Origin: Octopus bimaculoides
Taxonomy: Eukaryota
Assembly (NCBI RefSeq): GCF_001194135.2
Contig: NC_068982.1
Location: 1,451,677 to 1,515,568, forward strand
Direction: 5' to 3'
DNA: 63,892 nt
Positions 50,263-60,199 of the stretch are shown here, piece after piece. Both the position numbers and the translations under genes were made by a program. The notes beneath the pieces were generated by a model. The model did no database searches and was not told the DNA's origin. It saw nothing but the letters and a program-made list of their open reading frames with translations. Numbering within the stretch: the first letter of the stretch is position 1; each line of letters begins with the position of its first letter.

Positions 50263-51110
50263 CAAAGAAAGGAATAAATTAGAAGAAAAGGAAAAGAGAG
50301 GGTGATAACGGTGAAAACTACGGTTAAGGGGGAGACTACAGTGAAGAGGGGGGGGGGAGAGTAATGACTAGGGACATGAAATACAGTTGGAGAATTAACA
50401 TCCACGGTACCCAAGCAGTGGGCTGACGAGACAAACAAACAGTAATTGGCTAAACATTTCTTAAATACATTCATACTGGTGGTCATATGAATAAGTATAA
50501 TCAGAAATCCCTAAATTAATTAAGTGATTACAATTTAATTGCTTTCTAATTATTATTATTGCTGCAGATGCAGGCTCAAGCTACAGTTAGCTCAATCATA
50601 CTTAATATATATTATTATTATATTATTATTACTAACATTGTCGTAATATCAACGCATGCTTGGGTGCATACATGCATGGAAGTACAATTGTGGAAGTTCC
50701 CGTATGTTATGCACCCAAGCATGGGTTGATATAATGATAATGACAACAATAATAATAATATAATAATAATATATATTAAGTATGATTGAGCAAACTGTAG
50801 CATGAGCCTGCATCTGCAACTATAATAATAATTACAAAGCAATTAAATTGTAATCACTTAATTAATTTAGGGATTTCTACTTATACTTATTCATATGACC
50901 ACCAGGATGAATGTATTTAAGAAATGTTTAGCCAATTACTGTTTGTTTGTCTCGTCAGCCCACTGCTTGGGTACCGTGGATGTTAATTCTCCAACGGTAT
51001 TTCACTTCCCTAGTCATTACCCCACCCTTCACTGTAGTCTCCCCCTTAACCGTAGTTTTCACCTTTACCACCCTCTCTTTTCATTTTCTACTAATTTATT
51101 CCTTTCTTTG
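50263..51110. repeat. ~850 bp near-perfect palindrome centred on ACAATTGT (50684-50691)
   Basis: Arms roughly 90% identical by eye; 50401-50460 and 50921-50980 are exact reverse complements; the same peptide MTT.MNVFKKCLANYCLFVSSAHCLGTVDVNSPTVFH appears on both strands. Confidence 0.97.
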
Positions 51111-52003
51111 CATGCACATTTCACACCCTTATTTTATAAAGCATTTGTGTGTTTCCTTCCCCCACCCCCACAACCGCCTCAATTCCCAATTTGTCCTCTC
51201 TAGGTTTTAATGATACTGCTGGCATTCTTCATTTCTTCGCATGATACTTGTTTACATGTTTGTTTGGTTGTTTTTATATACAATGTCCTAAGCGGTTTTC
51301 AGCCCACTTACAACATATACTGCTTTTCCATACTTTTATTCATTTATTTATACCTACCCGTATAAAGGTCTTAACGGCTTGCCCTTTGTTTTTAAATTTA
51401 ACTGACCACTTATATAAAACGCTGGACATTGGTCAATCTCATTACGGGCAATAAGTGTTTGGACTTTACAACATATCAGTAAGTAAATAACTGAAATTAA
51501 CTGATAGGCAATCTATTATGATAAACTATTAATTAGTACTATAAACATAATTTTAAGAACTATTATGATTACTTCAAAACATTATGGCACTCTCACTCCC
51601 ACTTTGTCTAAACCTTTTGGCTTATCCCGTTATTGTAAAATCTTCATTTTACTTTTTTTATTAGTTATTCCCGTGTTACCCCCATAGAAAAATTAACCCA
51701 CCAATTACTATTTTAAGTTTAGTCATTTACCCAACGTCCCGAAGCGATACAAAAGCAAAATGGAATGATTTAAATATATTCAGCCTTTCATCTTCCCCTC
51801 GAGGCTCTTCTTCTTTCTTTTTCTAGATTCGATGTCAACGAAATATGATGAATATTATTTTCAGAATTTTCAATGGCAATACCGTATGACAGTGGAAGCA
51901 GAAACAGCTGTTCGATGGGATACAGTCTATTTGTTTTTAATTAAAAAGTAATAATTGATGTTAGTCAATTGTTGTTGATCAATATTTCTCAATTTTATGC
52001 TTA

Positions 52004-52034
<31 letters not shown>

Positions 52035-52315
52035 ATCATAAATATATAGGGATTGACAGTAACCTGCTTCTCCAACATACTGAGAATTCAGAAATAGCAG
52101 TCAAAGAACTACTGATTTCAAAACTACAAATTATTACTGAGCTACCCGGCAGAAATTGTTAATTATTAATTTTATTACTAATTGATGATTCCCTGCCCTG
52201 CATATCTATATATATATNNNNNNNNNNNNNNNNNNNNNNNNNNNNNNNNNNNNNNNNNNNNNNNNNNNNNNNNNNNNNNNNNNNNNNNNNNNNNNNNNNN
52301 NNNNNNNNNNNNNNT

Positions 52316-53190
52316 ATATAACATGCAATTTAATGCTGGAAAATTCCAGGCTCTACGCTGCCGGCACAGAAAGCTAAACGTCATGCAGACAGGATACACT
52401 GGCCCAGGAGGAATTGAAATCCATGAATCAAAATCAGTGCGTGCCCTGGGCATTGACATAAGCAATGGTGCATCATTTTAAGTGCATATCACTAATTTGG
52501 CAATAAAATGCAGACGGCTAGCTGGATGGATCCTCGGAACTTTCAAAACAAGAGAAAATGAGACATTAATGATCCTTTGTAGGACACTTGTCCTCAGCCG
52601 CTTGAATTACTGCTCCCAACTATGGTCACCACGCAATATAAAATTCACAGCCGAACTCGATGCAATCCAACGAAGCTACAGTAAGAAAACCGTCTCAATG
52701 CAATGTATCAGCTACTGCGAAAGAAGGAAAAAATTAAAACGCTTCTCCCAAGAACGAAGGCGGGAGAGATATGCAGTGATAAACATCTGGAAAATCCTAG
52801 AAAGCCTTGTACCAAACTTTGGCATTGAAAGTTATTCAAACTGCAGAACGGGGCGCCATTGCATTGTGTTAAAGATCCCAGCATCGTTATCAAAATACAG
52901 GACCAGATACTGCAACATCTTGGGCTTCAAGGACCCACAGAATGCCTGAGAGACTGCATGGTGTGGATGTAAGTGTCTTTAAAACAAAACTGGAACCCTT
53001 CCTCTCAAGGGTTCCAGACGAGCCTACCTCACGGCAGGAAACACAGATGAGGGCACCGGCACCAAACTCCCTCATTGACTAAATGCTATATGTCAGAGGA
53101 GGTTTCAAATAATGGAGTAACTCAGTCAATGGTGGTACCCCAGCATGATCCCAGCTTCGAGGCTGAAACATTTTAAAGAATTGAAGGAAT
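52316..53190 (+). mobile_element. CR1-like LINE 3' end including 3' UTR tail
   Basis: MQFNAGKFQALR, SVRALGIDI, LAGWILGTFKTRE...LVLSRLNYCSQLWSP...QERRRERYAVINIWKILE; ends ggtggtaccccagcatgatcccagc...ggctgaaacattttaaagaattgaaggaatt. Confidence 0.93.
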
Positions 53191-53368
53191 TAAAAAACAT
53201 TATATATATANNNNNNNNNNNNNNNNNNNNNNNNNNNNNNNNNNNNNNNNNNNNNNNNNNNNNNNNNNNNNNNNNNNNNNNNNNNNNNNNNNNNNNNNNN
53301 NNNNNNNNNNNNNNNNNNNNNNNNNNNNNNNNNNNNNNNNNNNNNNNNNNNNNNNNNNNNNNNNNNNN

Positions 53369-53423
<55 letters not shown>

Positions 53424-53504
53424 CGAGGGCTAAGTATCCTGACTGTTGCGATAGTAACGAAGCTAAAGCACGCTGAGTGAAGCGGCTTGACACAGATTGA
53501 CCTT

Positions 53505-53580
53505 GTACACTGCTGTGCATGCGCAATAAGTTTTAAGTTCTACCTCGCTTCCGCTGTTTATAGGAAGTGAAAAACGTGCA
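53505..53580. promoter_or_regulatory. Promoter-like motif cluster (NRF1-like plus two ETS sites)
   Basis: TGTGCATGCGCA (53514-53525, 11/12 match to NRF1 TGCGCATGCGCA), CTTCCG (53548-53553), GGAAGT (53563-53568) in unique DNA. Confidence 0.35.
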
Positions 53581-54465
53581 GAGATACTATAATCATTTGA
53601 AAGCAGAACATATGAATGATGTCGCCAAGGAAACGAAGTTTTGGGGTAGTTCTACTACAGTCGTTGAACAGAGCTTCTTAGAGAATTATAGAGTGGGGAC
53701 GAGATCGAAAACACGAAGGAAACACAAAGGTAGAGAAAAAATTATGATTAAATCTCGTGAATAAGACGTAATGAATAGAAACTTATGTCTACTTGCGATG
53801 AAATTAAATTAAGCGAAACATTATTGGTTTCTGATTAAATGCTGACACGATGTCCTTTAACAGATACTAAAGAATAGTAAAGTGTTCGATAAATGAAAAG
53901 TTAATAGAGAAAGTTATGGCTTCATCCGAAGTAAGAATTGCCAAACATGAAACGCAATGAGGAGTCAGACAGAAACAACAAATTAGAGAGTAAGAAAGTT
54001 GAAGACAGGGGCGAAATAAAGAGAGATCGAAGAAAGAAGGGAGAGAATCATGGAGTGGAAGATTAATAGCAGTTATGATAAACGAAACACAACGCTGGAA
54101 GGAATTGAAACTGTGCGCTTCGATAATCATAAATACAAGGAATGCACATTAACGGTTCTGTTGCATCTAGTCTTGCAATTGTCATTATTCTCTAAACATT
54201 ATCAAAAGGAAGCATTTAACCCTAAAACGAAGGCGAGCTTCGTGAGCATTGCAAAACTGAAGCGTGTGCAATACGTCATATACATACAGCTGGATGCATT
54301 TAGGAGACACTGATAAATGCGCAGTAAAAATGGATGTTTGTTTATTTTTTAATTGCGTTTAGAAACGAGAAGTGATTGAAGATCTTGTGTTCATGAAGTT
54401 GCATAAATCTCTTTCATACTTAATAGAGAGAATTGGTTTATTGAAATATATTGATTTCAAATGTT

Positions 54466-54638
54466 GGCACAAGGCCAGCAATTATGAGAAGGAGGTAAGT
54501 CGATTACATCAAGCCCAGTGTTCTAATGGTACCTATTTTATCTACTCCTCAGTGGTATTTGAACTCAGAACGTAAAGACGGACGAAATGCTGCTAAGCAT
54601 TTTGCCCGAGGTGCTAACGATTCTGCCAGCTCGCCATT
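54466..54638 (-). mobile_element. tRNA-derived SINE family B (internally deleted)
   Basis: Colinear with 3241-3438, lacking the gatgaaggacaaagtcgacc segment. Confidence 0.85.
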
Positions 54639-56731
54639 TTAGCTTATTGAAATATATTGAGACGCATATATGGTTACAACTAATCTATATGAAATTAATG
54701 TCTATATGACCCACGTAAATATCTCCAAACTTGAATTAAGTTATATTTTGGATTCATGAACTACATTTAATCAGTATGTTTATCACAGATTAATTTGAAC
54801 GGGGAACATAAAAGCAAAACCCGCATAAATCTCATATTCAGAAGTGAATATCGAATGTATGTGGTGTATTATAATAAGAATGGTTGTGACATTGACGAGA
54901 ATGGTCTTTTAAAAACGTCGCTGCTTGTTTATGAGGAGTATATTATTGAAAGGGCTATCAGAAACCACGATTTCATTGGAGAGATAGCCCGTGAACATCA
55001 TAACCAAAGAAATTTGGTAACATCAGTATTGATTAATAACCGAACCCAATCATCCAGATATATTTAGAATTTTTGTCTTGCCGGTGCCAAAATTAAATAT
55101 TGATTTTTAAGTAACTTGATTATTGATATCTGTATTATAAGATGAGATAGATACTGACAAAGAGATTATTAGAGTAAAGCCAGTAGTAAACTAATATTGT
55201 TTGCATTCAACTGAAACTCGTATAAACACTACTTAATAAAGACTGGGAAAATAGAATTAATTTACTGATAGGTCCTGCGTTCTTCGAATCTATTGAACCC
55301 AAATGATAAGCTCGGAACATGGACATTCGGAGAAGTTTATATTCTAATCCACTATCGGGAAAACCAGTTTCTAGAAATATGCTAGATGTGTGAGGCGTAT
55401 AGGTCCTTGTGATGTTAGACCGATTCAGTCGTGTTGACGACGTGCAGGAAATATAGAGTGTAAAAGGTGTCAAATAAATAATTCACGTGGTGAACGCAAA
55501 AGATCAAGAAAACAAACAGTAACGTATCTTTCTGTTCTCAATAGCTTCTGGCATATTCGAAGAGGAATGTCTGATTGTTGTTTTTCGTCATCGGAGAACA
55601 ACTCCTGCCTTTATACAATGTGTGTTCATACTTCACGGGCTTCATGGCTTTCATCATGCAATGCTACCTTACTGGACTTATGAATCGAATGAGCGTGCAG
55701 GTTCCTGTTTATAGGAATCACTAAATAAATTATTTGCTGATGTGTATTGACGCTTGTCAGACAGAAAGTAATTCATGGGATGCACGCATAACAGCAGGAC
55801 TTCAAGTAATAATGCATGTAATCACTTCCAAAATGTTCTCCCAGATTTCAACTTGAACATTTGATTGCTGTCGTTCTTTTTTTGTCTTTGGAATTAAAGA
55901 ACATATCTTCCCTTTAAAAGATGTGTGTTCATAACACACGCGGTGTTTTGTAACTAATCACAAACGCTGCACTGCAACAGTCATCGGGTCACTTTAAATA
56001 GATGCAACTATATTCAGAAGCAAAGTACTATCAAATGCTTTACTTTAGTATAAGAGAGTCTAAGTTAGCAATGCTGAACTGCTGTAACATGACGTGGACG
56101 GCATAAAAAATTGCAAGCAATTGTTATTAATTCCTTAAAGACCTAAAATCTACATACTCTTTGATACAATAAGAAGACTTTACTGCTATTTCACCGCATT
56201 TCTTTCTACTCGAGTATAAAATATTCAATTATTTTCTTCCACAACAACTCCGAAAGGCTTTCAATTACATTCCATTAGCGAACTAATACTTTCTAGGATT
56301 AATAAGTTTAGTCCGAGAAATACAACTATTTTGCTAATACTCCTGAAATCCCAATTTGAAGTACATTAGACTTGCACTTTCCAATAACTGGTCTAGATTT
56401 TAATCCTCAGCTGAAAAATTAGAAAACGCTTTCTATTCAATAAATCATAATTTATAACATGACAAGGCAGGTGTAATGAAATATATAGTAAAAATAAAAA
56501 CAAATAATAAACCATAGTAAACTAGTAAAGAAACATAGTAAAGGCGAATCGATAAATAAGATTTCCAAAGCCCATCACAATTTCAATGATTTTGAAAGAT
56601 TAAGAAATTTCGTCAGTCACAAATCTGATACTTTTTAACGGTATTTGTATGCGCAAGGTTTTGAAATACATCATCGGTTGTGGTGCCTTGCATTACATTA
56701 TAAGCAGTCCAGCATGTTAATACATACATAC

Positions 56732-56810
56732 CAAGAACTGGATCAACAAAACTAAACGAACGCCATTTAAGATGGCGCAGTAGTATAACGACCCACGTGA
56801 TGACTTAAAC
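56732..56810 (-). promoter_or_regulatory. Candidate TSS and non-coding first exon with palindromic double YY1 motif and E-box
   Basis: CGCCAT-TTAAG-ATGGCG (~56761-56777), CACGTG (~56794-56799), minus-strand donor TTG|GTATGT at 56732/56731, acceptor ttttctaatttttcAG| at 56411/56410. Confidence 0.45.
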
Positions 56811-56910
56811 GTTGACAAAGAGAAACACCAAAACACGAAAAAAAAAAAAAAAGATATCTCAAACGCATTAACACTTCTTATTGCGATCTATAGGATTTAT
56901 TTATAGAAAG

Positions 56911-57128
56911 AAAAAAATAATGCTGAACAATTTTCGGTGACTTATTGCACTACATACTATTTCTTCGTTTTTTAACAAAGGGGAATTATTATAGAGGCGG
57001 AACATACGCATAAANNNNNNNNNNGAAAAAAATAATGCTGAACAATTTTCGGTGACTTATTGCACTACATACTATTTCTTCGTTTTTTAACAAAGGGGAA
57101 TTATTATAGAGGCGGAACATACGCATAA
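56911..57128. other. ~103 bp direct duplication straddling a 10-N gap, likely an assembly overlap artefact
   Basis: gaaaaaaataatgctgaac...catacgcataaa is identical on both sides of the gap at 57015-57024. Confidence 0.85.
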
Positions 57129-57186
57129 AATTGATTGTACAATAATACAATAAACAATGCCCCACACTAACACACTCCCACCCAAC

Positions 57187-57225
<39 letters not shown>

Positions 57226-57292
57226 TATGTATGTTTATGTATATATATACAATATACATACATATGTGTGGATGTGAGTGTATGTGTGCGTG

Positions 57293-57325
<33 letters not shown>

Positions 57326-57598
57326 ATTTATCATGACCAATGTTTTATGAAAGTGAATTTTTTGACCATATTTGTATTTTCAGGATGCTGAGGAGAAGGT
57401 AGCACTTGCTCTTCTATTTCTTCTATTTTTATCTACTTTTTTTTGCAGACAACTTCAAACATAACTTTATCGGACCCCATAAAATACTCTTATACACATT
57501 ATTTCGTTCTTTTTAGAAAATTGTTAACATGTTATGTGATTTCATTCTTTATTTCTTGTTAATTTCTTTCATTCTTATTGTCTTTGATCTAATATCCA

Positions 57599-57636
<38 letters not shown>

Positions 57637-57719
57637 GTTATTTGTACTTACATTTTATCCCCTTCTCTTCAACTATATTATCTGATTAGAGGTAGTGATA
57701 TTTAACGTTGTCATACATC

Positions 57720-58680
57720 GCTAGAGTTATGTGTCGTACATCAAAGAACCATATTTTCTTATTTCATCTTTGATGCCGATGTGTGTAGAATATTCTTTCA
57801 ATACTGCAGTATCCAATTTGTAATTTACTATCATCTGCCACGAGAGAATTTTTTTTCCCAATGAAGGGATCGTTGACTTTTCTATGAGAATTTCCACAGA
57901 AGACGGTATCAACTACTACTAATTGAATCGGTTTCTTGCATCAGCTGTGAACAAAAACTTTAGATAAAGTTTTAATGATGAATCTCTAGATTTATTCGAG
58001 TAGGTAGATTTACGTGTCGTAGAACGCGCTGTTGTATTTGACATCTGTCTTGCCATAAACATCATTATAATATTCTCGAGTTCTAGTTCTAGTTTACAGA
58101 CGAATGGGTCAATAGTTATATCTTACATTTTAGCTGTGTGCTTTTTCATTCATAAATTTATAATTCAGCATTTATGGCAGACTCCATATAATTGATAGCA
58201 ATGGGTCATTCTATAAATCATGTGATTTCACAATAATACGTTTTAATTCTTTTTTGAACTTGTGGAACTTCTGTAGTATAATTTCTTTAAATGGCCACAC
58301 AAATATTTCTGAATTGTCTTGTTACAACCATGGCAAACATTCTTAGTACCTGTCTAATCTATCATAATTATATCTTCTCAAGAAGTTAATATGGCAGACT
58401 TCTGAATTGGGTTCGTTTTATCATATTATTTTCTGGTCTATAATGTGATTTGAAAGAGAAACAATGGAGAGCAAACGTACCATGTAATGGTAAGGTACTG
58501 AACGAAATACAATCACTTGATTATTATCCCATAAGTACGTGTTAAAGTGTTTCCCGGATAAGTGTACCATCGAACAGAAAGCAGTGTTTTGTAGCTGAAT
58601 GTGAAACAATTGGGTTTTTTAGGAAGGGAATTGTGATGGGTAATGTCTGCCTAGAAGCCTGATAAGGGTCTCAAAGACAA
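57720..58680 (-). mobile_element. Highly decayed LINE fragment (RTE-like, end of APE to start of RT)
   Basis: Weak motifs: RLLSIVSLS (SDHRIV-like region) and STIPSLGKK.....VNY (ILPFPKK...NYR-like). Confidence 0.3.
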
Positions 58681-59214
58681 TCGAGACAGCTATTGTTCTT
58701 CCACTGTGATACTTAAAGGAGCGGTTAAGTAACAAGGAAGAAATCTTTATTTTTTTAAGTAAACGTTCACGAATCAAAGGAATTAATGTTTCTTGTGTTG
58801 GTAGTTATCGCTTGCTCACACTTCGGAGGAGGGCAGAGTATCAAATACCTCTGTATGTGTGAGTGTGTGAGTGTGTGTGTCTGTGTGTCAGTGTGGATGT
58901 GGGTATGTTTATATGAGAGAAAATGAGGGGGTTGTAGAAACCGGGTAAAAGAATGATATGAAGAAAGAGAGAAATGAAAAAAAAAACCCGATATTTTACG
59001 GGGATATGAGTAGCAAACATTAAAATAAAAGTCATTAGGAAAGATTGCGTAATTGAGACGGAGCTTAACGAAAAGCGGAAGGGGAAATGAAGTTCAGAGT
59101 CGTAAGGAAAAAATAGCAAAAAGAGTTTGAGTTGAATGTAAATAAATGCCTGACGTCATGCGTATGATAAAAGATTTGTGTAGAAATACATTAGTGTATT
59201 TGTTACTCCATAAG

Positions 59215-59216
<2 letters not shown>

Positions 59217-59269
<53 letters not shown>

Positions 59270-59400
59270 ATATGTGTGTGTATGTGTGTATGTGTGTATG
59301 TGTCCACATTTGTGTATTTGTTACTCCATAAGATTCTCTCTGTGTGTGTGTGTGTGTGTGTGTGTATGTTTGTGTGTATGTGGTGCATGTGTGTGTGTGT
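59217..59400. repeat. (GT)n compound microsatellite with a duplicated ~28 bp unique spacer
   Basis: gtgtatttgttactccataaga occurs at ~59194 and ~59311. Confidence 0.85.
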
Positions 59401-59532
59401 GTTTACTTTATTTTATCGACCACGAAAGAATGAAATGTACACCTGATCTCAGCTCTATGCCAAATCAGAATGCAGAGATCCCAAAGTAATAAATTGATGC
59501 GCTAGCATGTCTACAAATACACCGCCCTTATG

Positions 59533-59615
<83 letters not shown>
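59533..59615. repeat. (TAA)n microsatellite
   Basis: Direct reading. Confidence 0.97.
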
Positions 59616-59617
<2 letters not shown>

Positions 59618-60060
59618 AGATGTGTGACAGCGAGCTACCGGGAAGATAGATCAAATCTGAAACCATCAGGAAGCAGGAATTATGAGTCCGCAAAAAACAA
59701 TGAAAGAAAATTGTTTTAATGTAAATCATCTCAGGAAACCGAAAGATACTCAGCAGCTTTCGCAGATTGAACAAAGCCTGAATTAGCAAAGCTAGACAGA
59801 AGGAGTAGAAAGGAATTCCATATGAATGGAGGAATTCACCCAAGAGCAGGCGTAGCAAAATTATACTTACCTAGAAAAGAAGGTGGAAGAGCGCTAATAT
59901 CAGTAGAAGACTGCATGGAATTAGCTAGAGTAGATATAGACTCTTTTGTAGGTAACAGGGAAGAAAGTTTATTAAGCGCTGCTAGAGTCACAGCAATATA
60001 TAGGGAAACCAAAAGCTCAAACGATGTTAAAAACTTGAGGAGAGACCAGGGTGGAAGAGA
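59616..60060 (+). mobile_element. Dong/R4-clade fragment (post-RT region) starting exactly at the (TAA)n tract
   Basis: RYSAAF..WTKPELAKLDRRSRK..MNGGIHPRAGVAKLYLPRKEGGRALISVEDC. Confidence 0.88.
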
Positions 60061-60199
60061 CTGAGTAGCAGTAGACGAATGTGTACATGTGGAAATAGAA
60101 GAGATAAAAAAAAAATGTAAATGCATTCTTAAAAAACGAAGCAGAAGTAATAGGAAGAGCCATGTCACAAGAATACGATGATGACCACCACGACAGAAT

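Noticed and set aside
55560-56100. hAT transposase remnant
   Set aside because: Only a vague THC-like string; the diagnostic W.SRG/VRW motifs are absent.
56611-56677. Intronic C/D-box snoRNA candidate (ATGATGT...CTGA, minus strand)
   Set aside because: Only a 2 bp terminal stem, no clear C'/D' boxes, and I could not match the guide to any rRNA/snRNA sequence I recall.
56911-57128. 103 bp tandem duplication as biology
   Set aside because: Identical copies flank a 10-N placeholder gap, typical of unmerged contig overlap.
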